A DNA stretch of 49,338 bases, from assembly GCF_006345805.1 (NCBI RefSeq), contig NW_021832506.1:1-49338 (forward strand), in the 5' to 3' direction. Source of the stretch: Octopus sinensis. Its lineage: Eukaryota. The position numbers were made by a program, and so were the translations under genes. Below the pieces are notes generated by a model. That model ran no database searches. It was not told the origin of the DNA and was given only the letters and a program-made list of their open reading frames with translations. Below are positions 1 to 11,866 of the stretch, piece by piece (within the stretch, counting starts at the first letter, position 1; every line of letters begins with the position of its first letter).

Positions 1-18
1 AAAGCCTCGTTTATACAG

Positions 19-514
19 GTGTGTGTACGTCTGTAATGTGTGGGTGTGTGGATGATGGTATGGGCGCTGGGAAGTGGTCAGTGCTTGTGTGTGCGGGGTG
101 GTGTGATGTGGTGTATATATATATATATGTGTGGATGATGGTATGGGCGCTGGGAAGTGGTCAGTGCTTGTGTGTGCGGGGTGGTGTGATGTGGTGTATA
201 TATATATATATATGTGTGGATGATGGTATGGGCGCTGGGAAGTGGTCAGTGCTTGTGTGTGCGGGGTGGTGTGATGTGGTGTATATATATATATATATGT
301 GTGGATGATGGTATGGGCGCTGGGAAGTGGTCAGTGCTTGTGTGTGCGGGGTGGTGTGATGTGGTTGTATATATATATATATATATATATACCATCATCC
401 ACACATATATATATATATACACCACATCACACCACCCCGCACACACAAGCACTGACCACTTCCCAGCGCCCATACCATCATCCACACACCCACACATTAC
501 AGACGTACACACAC
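19..514. repeat. Inverted duplication (fold-back): 391-514 is the reverse complement of 19-142
   Basis: Direct comparison: ACCATCATCCACAC...AGACGTACACACAC versus GTGTGTGTACGTCT...GTGTGGATGATGGT. Confidence 0.9.
45..390 (+). repeat. Tandem repeat, 4 copies of an 83-85 bp unit (TGTGTGGATGATGGTATGGGCGCTGGGAAG...GTGG-(TA)n)
   Basis: Units start at 45, 128, 213 and 298; they are near-identical apart from (TA)n length. Confidence 0.95.
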
Positions 515-880
515 GCACATACATCCACACGCCAAAGTCACCACCTCCTATGCACACGTACAAACTTACACACTTCAACATACAAACACGCACGCCTTCG
601 TTTTGGGATCACCAGTACTTTATTATCTCCCCTTCTTCCTAGCTCTCCTATCCAACTACCTATGTCCAGTCAGTGGCCATAATTAACCTCTAACTTCAAA
701 AGTTTCTTTTTTATTTTCTCTCTTTATTTCCTTGTGTTTCATTCTGCTGAAGAGCGTAGGCTCGAAACGTAAAAGACTCTCTCACCTTCCCGAGAGTCAA
801 ACTAATACACCTGTTTGTTGTTTTTATAACACCTGTCTTTCTGTTTTGTTTTACTGTTTTTCTGTAAATTTCAACTATAT
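391..880 (+). mobile_element. Penelope-pLTR/retrozyme-like non-coding element with HHR-like motif, ending in (TA)n
   Basis: The pyrimidine-rich segment 700-880 is homologous to 12915-13090, 23755-23940, 42040-42228 and 26480-26610(-). The class is inferred; no RT or GIY-YIG is seen. Confidence 0.5.
740..775 (+). ncRNA. Hammerhead-like motif, family A (core CUGCUGA, degenerate)
   Basis: CATT CTGCTGA A GAGC GTAG GCTC GAAAC GTA AAAG; stem I has one mismatch. Confidence 0.5.
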
Positions 881-908
881 ATATATAATATATATATATA
901 TATATAAT

Positions 909-967
<59 letters not shown>

Positions 968-972
968 CTATC

Positions 973-1003
<31 letters not shown>

Positions 1004-1332
1004 CAATATACATATATACATATATACATACATACACACACACACATATATATATATTATCTATATATATCCATATATACATATATACATATATATATAG
1101 ATATAATATATATATATTTATACTACATATATATCATATACATATATAGATATATAGATATATACATACATATATATATAGAGAGAGAGGGGGAAAGATA
1201 AAAAGATAGACAGATATGTACACACATATACTCATATATATATACATGTATGTATATATATATATATATATATATATTCACATACATACATGCACATATG
1301 TATATGCATGTACACACCTGTATCATTCTCTC

Positions 1333-1371
<39 letters not shown>

Positions 1372-1782
1372 ACACACACACACACACATGTATATAATAC
1401 ATACATAAGGGTATGGACTTATATGTGTGTGTGTGACCGAGTATGCCTGTGTAAAAGACAGACGCGGAGCGACGCAGTGAGTGAGATAGATGTGACAGTG
1501 ACAGCTGCATTGACTGTTGACAGCAAAGTGCTTGTTTTGTTCTCGCCATTGTTGTATTCAATTGGGAGGGTGTTGGGTGGTCGTGGCGGAGTGGCGGCGG
1601 CGGCGGCGGCAGGGGAGTGTTGTGCAAATGTGGGAGGAACAACAACAACAACAACAACAGCAACAACAGCAACAACAATAACAGGAACGATAACAACGTC
1701 AATAACAACAATAGAAACAATAATGGCAGCAACAACAGCAGCAGTAATATCAGTAGTAGCACCAGTAGCAAAAGCAACAAAA

Positions 1783-1821
<39 letters not shown>

Positions 1822-2034
1822 AACAACAACAAAAATAATGAAAGAATTTGAGTAGAAACTTACAACTCTTTAATTCGGGAAAATAGAACCATGACACTAT
1901 TTTACAATGTGTGTGTATATATATATATATATTATATATATATATATATATGTTGTATAATACATATCTAATATACATATATACATATATATAATATATC
2001 ATATATACATATATATATATATATATAGATATAC

Positions 2035-2069
<35 letters not shown>

Positions 2070-2230
2070 CATATATATATGTATATATATATATATGTAT
2101 ATATAGTATATATATAATAATATGTATATATATATGTCTATATATGATTATATATGTATATATTATGTATATGTATATATGTAATATATGTATATGTATA
2201 TATAGGTATGTATATGTATGTATATATATG

Positions 2231-2262
<32 letters not shown>

Positions 2263-2389
2263 CTATATATATGTATATATATATATGTATATATATGTAT
2301 ATATACATATATATATGTATATTATATATGTATATATATGTATATGTATATATATGTATATATGTATGTATATATATATATATAAATAC

Positions 2390-2422
<33 letters not shown>

Positions 2423-3020
2423 GATATATATATATATGTATGTATTTATGTAAGTATGTATGTATGTATATATGTATGTATGTATATGAGGTGTACATCG
2501 TATACAATATATTATGTGCAAAACCAGTTCTTGATATGAGAAAAGATTGGAAAAATAAACATTAAAAAAAAAATTTGTTTGAATAATAACATTACAATAA
2601 TAGTATAATAATGGTGTAATAAAGTCTACAATAAGAAGGCTTTGGTATGAAAAGCGTACGTACATACATACATACATACATAGCTACACACATACACACA
2701 CACACACACACGCTCCACACACACGTACGTACGTATGTATGTATGTACGTACGTATGTATGTTGTATGTATGTATGTATGTATGTATGTTTGTATGTATG
2801 TATGTATGTATGTATGTATGTACGTATGTATGTATGTATGTATGCAAGTATGTATGTATGTATGTATGTTTGTATGTATGTATGTATGTATGTATGTATG
2901 TATGTATGTATGTTTGTATGTATGTATGTATGTACGTATGCAAGTATGTATGTATGTATGTATGTATGTATGTTTGTATGTATGCATGTACATATCTATG
3001 TATGTATGTGTGTATGTATT
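860..3020. repeat. Compound microsatellites (TA)n, (TC)n, (CA)n, (CAA/CAG)n, (TATG)n
   Basis: Seen directly; these generate the IY/YVCM/poly-Q pseudo-ORFs. Confidence 0.95.
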
Positions 3021-3200
3021 TCTTTACTACCCACAAGGGGCTAAACACAGAGGAGACAAACAAGGACAGACAAACGGATTTAGTCGATTACATCGACCCC
3101 AGTGCGTAACTGGTACTTAATTTATCGACCCCGAAAGGATGAAAGGCAAAGTCGACCTCGGCGGAATTTGAACTCAGAACGTAACGACAGACGAAATACG
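3017..3200 (-). mobile_element. tRNA-derived SINE, family S2 (about 230 bp family), head-truncated copy
   Basis: B-box GAGTTCAAATTCC and body shared with 22665-22898. Confidence 0.85.
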
Positions 3201-3201
3201 G

Positions 3202-3470
3202 CTCTATCGGTCTCTATTGCTGAGTCGTTAAGTTATGAGGACGTAAACACACCAACACCTGCTATGAAGCGGTGTGGGGCACAAAAACACAAATACATAC
3301 ACATATACATATACACACATGTATACGACGGGCTTCTTTCAGTTTCCATCTACCAAATCCATTCACATGGTCAAAATAGAAGATACCTGCCCAAGGTGTC
3401 ACGCAGTGGGACTGAACCCAGAACCATGTGGTTAGGAAGGAAACTTCTTACCATACAGCCACGCCTGCAC
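3202..3470 (-). mobile_element. tRNA-derived SINE, family S1, partial copy
   Basis: Homologous to 21565-21972. Confidence 0.8.
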
Positions 3471-3989
3471 TTTTGTTGTGTAGTATATGGATTCATAAAA
3501 TCTTGTGGCTTATATTATACATATATTAAAACTGATTTTATATTTACATTTTAAAACTGATGTAATACAGTGTTTAATAAACTGAAGTAGCATGAAACGA
3601 TTGTACTACTCTACCTTGGATATCCTTGTTGCTTATTTTGATTATGATCACCCCATTTGATTTATATGGATAATGCCATACCAAATTCTGGTGCCTTTAA
3701 CTTAAGTACCATATTCATCTGAATCTAAATTTTGCTGAACTTATATATATATATATATATACACGCACATGCAAACATACTTGCATATACATACAAACGT
3801 ATATGAATTCCCCGTAGTCCAACTGTTAACGTCATTTATATCATATTTCTGTGAGAGATATAACACGTTATCAACAGCTGGCCCGAAAATATCAAGGTAT
3901 AACTATCTGTTGCGACATGATGTTGCTAAAGCAATATGCAATGCCATCCACCGAAGAGACTGCAATGGGATAAATATAAATAACTTTTC

Positions 3990-4210
3990 TCTTATTGCTT
4001 TCGAATTTTGGGACAAGGCCCGTAATTTCGGGGATGGGCTAAGTCGATTACATCGACCCCTGTGATCAACTAGAACTGATTTTATCAATCATGAAAAACA
4101 TGAAAGTCAAAGTCGACCTCGGCGGAATTTGAACTCAGAACGTAAAGACAGACGAAATGCCGCTAAGCATTTTGCCTGGAGTGCTAACGATTCTGCCAGC
4201 TCGCCGCCCT
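3990..4210 (-). mobile_element. SINE S2-related monomer
   Basis: Head GGCGGCGAGCTGGCAGAATCGTTAGCAC and B-box on the minus strand. Confidence 0.85.
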
Positions 4211-4241
4211 CAGCTTCTCTCTTATTGAAGACATACATATA

Positions 4242-4641
4242 CTTTTTTTTTCTACTCTAGACACAAGGCCCGAAATTTTGGGGGAGGGACCAGTCGATTA
4301 GATCGACCCCAGTACGCAACTTGTACTTAATTCATCGAACCCGAAAGGGTGAAAGGTAAAGTCGACCTCGGCGGAATTTGAACTCAGAACGTAAAGACTC
4401 GAAATACCTATTTCTTTATAACCCACAAGGGGCTAAACGTAGAGGGGACAAACAAGGACAGACAAACGGGGTAAGTCGACTACATCGACCCCAGTGCGTA
4501 ACTGGAACTTAATTTATCGACCCCGAAAGGATGAAAGGCAAAGTCGACCTCGACGGAATTTGAACTCAGAACGTAACGGTAGACGAAATACGGCTACGCA
4601 TTTCGCCCGGCGTGCTAACGTTTCTGCCAGCTCGCCGTCTT
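4242..4641 (-). mobile_element. SINE S2 dimer with 17-bp TSD
   Basis: TTGAAGACATACATATA at 4225-4241 and 4642-4658; internal junction AAAGAAATA|GGTATTTCG. Confidence 0.85.
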
Positions 4642-5199
4642 TTGAAGACATACATATATAACATCACACGGAATACTGGTGGGACATTCCCTTCAAAACA
4701 TCTACTAAGTACCAACCTAAAATATCGGCCAAGTTATTTGGGAGCTGAAAGAAAAAGTATGTACTTTCATAGAAGTCAGCTGACCAGCAGATGTGAATAT
4801 CTCTTCCGAAATCAACTAGAAAGAGAATACTTGATATTTCTACTTCGAAACACCCAACTCGCTTATTCTGGTTAAATATTCACAGTGATGCCAGTAAGGT
4901 TTGTAAATGTCAAATGACAAACTGGAAAACTGGGATTTTCAAGCAAGGAAAGAAGCTGTTTAAGAAGACCCTTATACAATATACACAATCAGTAAGTGAA
5001 AGAATAAAAATCTGCAAGACATTTCTAAAGTTCATCGTTTAACACTTACTTTTGTTGTTATCCAAACTCCAGCGATGGAGATTTGTGTCTTTGGAAGAAA
5101 CCAGCTCCTTTCTAACTGGAGGGTTTCAATTAATTAAACAAAGAATCAAATATACAGGCATACATATATCGATACGTACCTACACGCATACATTTGTGA

Positions 5200-5515
5200 A
5201 AGCGCGTAGCCTACTATATTCGGCTTACGATCGAAAAGTCATACGTTCAATTCCAGGCGGCGCATTGTCTCTTTGAACAACACACCTTATTTCACGTTGC
5301 CACAGTTCACTCAGCTGGCAAAATAGGGTACTACCTGTAATTCAAAAAGGGCCAGTCTTGTTTTATTCTATGTCTTGCTGAATATCCCTGAGAAACTACG
5401 TTAAGGATATGCATGTCTACGCAGTACTCAGCCACTTGTACGTTAATTTCACAAGCAGGCTGTTCCGTTGCTTCCGACCAACTGGAACCCCTCCTCGTCA
5501 CAACAGACGAAGTGC
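5200..5515 (+). mobile_element. CORE-like SINE, diverged
   Basis: B-box-like CGTTCAATTCC followed by the central domain TTATTTCACGTTGCCACAGTTCACTCAGCTGGCAAAATAGG, shared with the copies at 10435 and 43670. Confidence 0.6.
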
Positions 5516-6186
5516 TAACTTTTCTTTTCTGTTTTTGTTGTTTTGTTTTTGTTTTTACATACTTACATACACACATAAACATAGACAGACACACACACGT
5601 ACATACAAAAGGAAATCGAAAGATCTTAATTCAAAATCACAAACCTTGATGTCACGGTATACTCTTCATCTCATTTTCTGCATCCACAGACAGTATGTGG
5701 TAACGCGGTACTGTAGTGCAGTGCAGTGCGGAGTGGTATTGCAGTGTGGTTGAAGTGTGGTTTTGTAATAGAATAGCGTAGTGTGTGTGTTACGTAGGTA
5801 CCATTATCTAACGTAACGTTGCACTCCAGTGTATCGCGGAAGAGTCGTGTTGTGGGGCGTGATGTGGTTTAGCGTCGTCCCTTATGTATCCATACACCAC
5901 ACGGATGTTGGTTCACACCTCAACTCCATATGGTTCCTCCGGTTCAGTATTTAGTTACAAAGTGCTCGTATTGTTGTTATTGCAGTTGTTGATGTCTGTT
6001 GTTATTGTTTCTCTTCCCTTTGTCACCGCTGCTGCTGTTGTTGTTCTTTTAACTGCTGCTGTTGTTGTTGTTGTTGCTGCTGTTTCCCGTCCCCCTCTCT
6101 CACCGTTGTTGCTGTTCTTGTTATTGCCGTCGCTGTTGCTAGCGCTGCCCTGCTGTGTCCACAGAACGGTACAACACAATCCCACT

Positions 6187-6387
6187 GATCATCATCATCA
6201 TCATCATCGCCGTCATCATCGCCGTCATCATCACCATCATCATCACCATCATCATCATCATCATCATCACCATCATCATCACCATCACCATCACCATCAT
6301 CATCATCATCATCACCATCATCATCACCATCACCATCACCATCATCATCACCATCATCATCACCATCACCATCACCATCATCATCAC

Positions 6388-6458
<71 letters not shown>

Positions 6459-6475
6459 CCATCCTCATCATCATC

Positions 6476-6509
<34 letters not shown>

Positions 6510-6582
6510 CCATCATCATCACCATCACCATCACCATCATCATCATCATCATCACCATCATCATCGTCATCATCATTATCAC

Positions 6583-6614
<32 letters not shown>

Positions 6615-6650
6615 ACGACGACAACAACAACGACGACAACAACATCTGCA
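6187..6650. repeat. (CAT/CAC)n microsatellite
   Basis: Seen directly; produces the poly-H/D/M/I pseudo-ORFs. Confidence 0.95.
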
Positions 6651-7109
6651 GCAGCAACAAGCAATCAACACGAGGGGGGCAAGATAATCCATATTTTAAT
6701 CCTTGTTAAGCTGTTGAAGTGTTTCAACCACTTGACAGGAAGTGTTTTATCAATATACCGGACAGTTAGTCACTTGTCATTGTTGGCTGGTTAACTAGTC
6801 GCTCCCTACACACACCACTGGCTGTAAAACCACACCATTATGCGTCATGTATATATATATATATAAATATATATATATATGTACGTATATATATATATAT
6901 ATGTATATATTTATATATATATATGTGTATATATATATTTATATATATATATATAATCATTACAGATATTCATTACCCTATATCTGTAATGATTATATAT
7001 ATATAATGTATATATGTATGTATATATGTATGTATATATATATATGTATGTATGTATGTATTTTTGTATGCATTATATGTATGCGCATATATATATAAAT
7101 AATTAATTT

Positions 7110-7563
7110 TTCTTTCGTTCAGGCTTAACAGCCCTTAATGTTTGTGTTACTGTTATTCTCCTTGTCCTGTCTTTTACTGTTTTTATTTGTATTGTCTTTA
7201 CTGTCCTGTTTTTGTTACCACTTTTATCCCTCTGCAAAAAATCTCAAATTTTATTTAATTTGCTTTGCGGGAAGGATTGTTTCCACGAAGTCATGTCTCG
7301 CCTTTACCTTCGAAACACGGAGTAGACGAAACAGAGGCGGCTGAAGAAGGGGTATTTCCTTGTGCTGTATGTCTTTTACTCTGTTTTTTCGTTGTTTAAA
7401 AAAACATGTTACCTTGGTTTTGTTTTTATGTTTTCATTTCTCATTATGTTCGACGTCTTTTTTGGTGTCCTGTACCAATATATGCATGTATATATACATA
7501 TAGATGTAGGTACGTACATGTATGTATGTATATATGCATATGTTTTATTTATTATTTTGTTAT

Positions 7564-7594
<31 letters not shown>

Positions 7595-8875
7595 TATACA
7601 TGTATGCATGTATGTATGTATGTGTGCTGGTCAGCTGGTCACTTAGCCAGTCGATCAATGATGGTCTTACTGTTGATAATAAAGTCGTATCTATCTATCT
7701 ATCTGCCCTAATCCCTCTCTTTCCTTCACTCCCTCCCTCCCTCCCCCTTTTTCTCTCACTTTATATATATATATATATATTCATTGTTAAAAAAGGTCCG
7801 TTTCCATGTTTGTTTTACGTTTTCGTTTCTCGTTGAGTTCTACGTCTATTTGTGGTGTCCTGTACTCACGTATATATATTTATATATGCATGTATATATA
7901 CATGTAGATGTAGGTACGTACATATATGTATGTATGTATGTATGCATATATTTTATTTATCATATTATTGCATGACTGAGCGCCCTCGCGTCGTTTCGTT
8001 TCTTTTCGTTTCGTTTCCTTTCTGTTCTCCCAGTAAGTTTTTTATATATAATTATGACGCGAAATTCTGTAACCCTTTGCTTGACCTTCCCTTCCTTCCT
8101 GTCTGTCTTCCTCTCTTCTGTTTCTCTCCTTCTTCTTTTTTCACCCTCCCTGGTTTCCTTTCCCCTCTCTCTCTCTCTCTCTCTCTCTCACTCCTCCTCA
8201 TCTCTCTCACAGCCGGGTCGACGAACTTCCTTTCGCTCGCGGCCTTCTACAAGTAAACATGTTTTTTCCTGCGCTCGTGAATTTTTCCTCGTCTAGGCTT
8301 AAAGGCCCTCATTGTTTGTTTCCCTGTCCTATTTTTATTCCTTCTTGTACTGTATTTTTTTGTATTTGTATTTTTATTTTGTATTTATTTTTTATTTGTA
8401 TTTTTATTTGTATTTTTTTTACGTCCTGTTTTTGTCACATTCTTTTCTTTCCTTGTTTTTACCCCTCTGCAAAGGAATTTTATTTAATTCTTTCGCAGGA
8501 AGGGCTAGTTCGACGAGTCGTGTTCTGTCCTCACCTTCGAAACACGCTGGAGTCGAACTAGGGACAGCTGATGAAGGGGAATTTTCCTTGTGTAGTTTGT
8601 CTTGTACTCTTTTTGTTTCGTTGTTAAAAAAAAGGTCCGTTTCCATGTTTGTGTTTACGTTTTCGTTTCTCGTTGAGTTCTACGTCTATTTGTGGTGTCC
8701 TGTATATATATATTATATATATTTATATATGCATGTATATATACATGTAGATGTAGGTACGTACATATATGTATGTATGTATGCATATATTTTATTTATC
8801 ATATTATTGCATGACTGAGCGCCCTCGCGTCGTTTCGTTTCGTTTCCTTTCTGTTCTCCCAGTAAGTTTTATATA
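7110..8875 (+). mobile_element. Partial-tandem non-coding element (Penelope-like pLTR architecture), family B
   Basis: 7785-8050 is nearly identical to 8625-8875; 7110-7560 is an older copy of 8260-8800; a related copy lies at 39600-39860. Confidence 0.55.
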
Positions 8876-8887
8876 TAATATATATAT

Positions 8888-9096
8888 ACTCTTTTACTTG
8901 TTTCAGTCATTTGACTGCGGCCATGCTGGAGCACCACCTTTAATCGAGCAACTCGACCCCAGAACTTATTCTTTGTAAGCCCAGTACTTATTCTATCGGT
9001 CTCTTTTGCCGAACCGCTAAGTGAAGGGGACATAAACATACCAGCATCGGTTGTCAAGCAAAGCTAGGGGGACAAACACAGAGACACAAACACACG

Positions 9097-9148
<52 letters not shown>

Positions 9149-9314
9149 TACGACGGGCTTCTTTCAGTTTCCGTCTACCAAATCCACTCACAAGGCTTCG
9201 GTCGGCCCGAGGCTATAGTAGAAGACACTTTTCCAATGTGCCAGGCAGTGGGACTGAACCCAGAACCATGTGGTTGGTAAACAAACTACTTACCACACAG
9301 CCACTCCTGCACCT
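8888..9314 (-). mobile_element. SINE S1, full length
   Basis: Reverse complement of the 21565-21972 family, with internal (CA)/(TA) tract. Confidence 0.9.
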
Positions 9315-10389
9315 ATGTATATATCTTTTGTATGGTTAAATGGCGACTGCAACGGTTGTACACTCTTTTCACTTCTTTCAAAGATTTTCAACAACTTTTA
9401 TTTAAACCGATGACCTGCTTGTCTAATATGCATCTGTCTTTTGGTCAATCACTCAAGAAAAATGCCACAGAAATCATGAAAGAGTAGACGGGGTTACTTC
9501 CATAACGGTATGCGTTACTGGTTAGGGAGTAATGAAGAATTCTTTTATCTGGGTTTGTAATCATAATTTTTTTTTAATTAGTACTGGTTAAATGATGTTT
9601 TTAACGCATTACTACGTGAACTACAATGGTTTAAGATTGCTTTTAAAATGTATTTAATTGAAATGAATTAGGAGTTCAGTTTCTAACTGTGACAACCAAT
9701 ATTTGGCTTTGAGATGTGTTTTAGGCGTAGGCGAGACTGTGCGGCAAAAAGATAAAAGTTAAAAGATAAAACCCATCACCTTCAACATAAAACAAAACAT
9801 TTAAAAGAACGCACCACGTTGTTTCCACATTCGTTTAACCGCCGTCGTAAATCCATTCAAAATTCTAATAGCTTTAAAATTTGACTTTTAAATTTAAGTT
9901 AATTTTAAGTTTTGATATTTCAAAAGGAATTAATTTTTCTGCGTTACAAAAATATTCCTCCCGTTACGGCGCATCTTCCATGCCATCGTCCGGAGCAACG
10001 CCTTTTCCTGTTTTGTCTGAATTACAGGAAATTGTACGTTCCACTCCTTAATATAAACTTATTCCTAATAGCATTTAACCTACAGAAAGACTCTTGCATT
10101 TTAAAATTATCTTTCAATCAAAATCACTACAAATCAGTGGTTCCCAAACATCTTCGAGCTACCCCCCACCTTAGCATTCGGGCCGCATATCTATCGTCCT
10201 CGACCACTCACCACCACCACAAACATACACCACTTTCCGCAGCAAATTCAAAACAACTGTATTTCACAAATAAAACTTAACGCAATTAACCCATAATTTT
10301 GTTGTTTTTACATGGTCACAGCATTATCACCCCAGTTGTCATCAACGACCCCCACCCCACTGAATCTTACGATCGCCCTCCTCCTGGAT

Positions 10390-10595
10390 CTTTCCACCGC
10401 CCTCAGGGGTCAATTTCCTGTTCCGGGCGATGCGTTGTGTTCTTGAGCAAAACACTCCGTTTCACGTTGCTCCAGTCCACTCAGCTAGCAAAATGATTAA
10501 TCCTGTGACGGATCGACGTCCTCTCCAGGTGGGGAATTTTCTACGCCACTGAAACCGGCCCTTTTGAGCCTGGAATTGCTCGAGAAGGAAGCAGT
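10390..10595 (+). mobile_element. CORE-like SINE with (TTC)n tail running to 10757
   Basis: TTGAGCAAAACACTCCGTTTCACGTTGCTCCAGTCCACTCAGCTAGCAAAATG central domain. Confidence 0.6.
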
Positions 10596-10921
10596 TCTTC
10601 TTCTTCTTCTTCTTCTTCTTCTTCCTTTCTTCTTCGTTCTTCTTCTTCTTCGTCTTCTTCTTCTTCTCTCTTCGTCTTCTCTTCTTCTTCTTCTTCTTCT
10701 TCTCTTCTTCTTCTTCTTCTTCTTTCTTCTTCTCTTCTTCTTCTTCTTCTTCTTCTAAGGGCAATACCATCCACTTTGGGAATCACTGCTGTAAACCGTC
10801 CAACAGAGATCAACACACATCCGTTTCTTCAGGATTCATTATAAACATCCTCACCGACACGCACATTTATTGATGATAACGTATCATATGCCATCTCACT
10901 AAAAACCTACATCGTTTTTAT

Positions 10922-11040
10922 CTTTTACTGGTTTCAGTCATTAGACTGCGGCCATGCTGGTGCACTGCCTTGTAGAATTTTTAGTCGAATGAATCGACCG
11001 CAGTACATTTTTTTTTAATAACAGGTCTGGCACTTATTCA
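10922..11040 (-). mobile_element. SINE S1 3' fragment
   Basis: TTTCAGTCATTAGACTGCGGCCATGCTGG matches the reverse complement of the S1 tail. Confidence 0.75.
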
Positions 11041-11049
11041 AACTATTAT

Positions 11050-11400
11050 TTTCCGGGAACGCTGCCGCTGTTCTCTTTTAGAGAGACTTAGTTATTTTAA
11101 TATTTCTATTATTGAAAACAAGTGGATGTATTCCACCGAAACTAGGTAAATAAAACCATCGAACAGAGATTGTCGGAAGCGACACCTACTGGCTGGCTAC
11201 GCTGCATTGAAAAGGGGCAATACTCCGAAACGCGTCTGTAGCTGCCGGTCAAGTAGTGTGGAGCGACTGACCTCCCTTGTTCGAAGGTTATATGGATACA
11301 GTTTGTGTATCAAATAGCTACTTAAGGCGATGGCCTCATGGAGCTAATAAGCGGACAGCTTTTTTCTTATTTTTATAAAATGCCATATTAGTATGGCGAT
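11050..11400 (+). mobile_element. About 350-bp retrozyme-like element carrying a hammerhead ribozyme
   Basis: Non-coding; flanked by AACTATTAT at 11041-11049 and 11401-11409 (possible TSD); abuts (TA)n. Confidence 0.5.
11193..11248 (+). ncRNA. Type I hammerhead ribozyme candidate, U3-A8 core variant, GUC cleavage triplet
   Basis: Stem I GCUGCA/UGUAGC plus distal CUGGC/GCCGG; core UUGAAAA; stem II GGGG-CAAUA-CUCC; GAAA; palindromic stem III ACGCGU; C17 at 11236. Confidence 0.75.
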
Positions 11401-11403
11401 AAC

Positions 11404-11454
<51 letters not shown>

Positions 11455-11470
<16 letters not shown>

Positions 11471-11700
11471 CGTGTGGGTGTGTTTGTGTGTCTGTGTTTG
11501 TTCCCCCTAGCATTGCTTGACAACCGATGCTGGTGTGTTTATGTCCCCGTTACTTAGCGGTTCGGCAAAAGAGACCGATAGAATAAGTACTGGGCTTACA
11601 AAAGAATAAGTCCCGGGGTCGAGTTGCTCGATTTAAAAAGGCGGTGCTCCAGCATGGCCGCAGTCAAATGACTGAAACAAGTAAAAGAGGAAAGAGAGGA
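11455..11700 (+). mobile_element. SINE S1 3' half
   Basis: Matches 21750-21972. Confidence 0.9.
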
Positions 11701-11866
11701 AAGAGTGAGAGAAAGTTGTGGCGAAAGAGTCAGCAGAAGTTTCGCCATTACCTTCTGCTGGAGCCGCCTGGAGATTAGGTGTTTCGGTCATAAACACACA
11801 CATCACCCGGTCTGAGATTCGAACCCGCGATCCCTCGGCCGCGAGCCACTAGACCATGTGCCTCCA
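11700..11866 (-). mobile_element. tRNA-derived SINE, family S4
   Basis: Minus-strand head GGAGGCACATGGTCTAGTGG...GGGTTCGAATCTC (A/B boxes). Confidence 0.7.

Larger units (their letters stand above)
3855..5020 (+). pseudogene. Decayed RLE-clade LINE C-terminus (post-zinc-finger region plus restriction-like endonuclease), split by SINEs
   Basis: 3860-3990 reads ..YLLRHDVAKAICNAI..; 4660-4850 reads YWWDIPFKTST..WELKEKVCTFIEVS*PADVNIS..KEN, an RLE-type motif, with stops and frameshifts. Confidence 0.65.

Noticed and set aside
45-390. Regularly spaced repeats as a CRISPR-like array (also 28808-28924)
   Set aside because: No unique spacers, no cas genes, eukaryotic context.
5884-6709. Long ORFs with poly-His/Asp/Met/Ile (also 1216-2002, 18084-18695, 30924-31361, 36494-39457)
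   Set aside because: They are read-throughs of trinucleotide microsatellites open in several frames and on both strands, with no recognisable domain.
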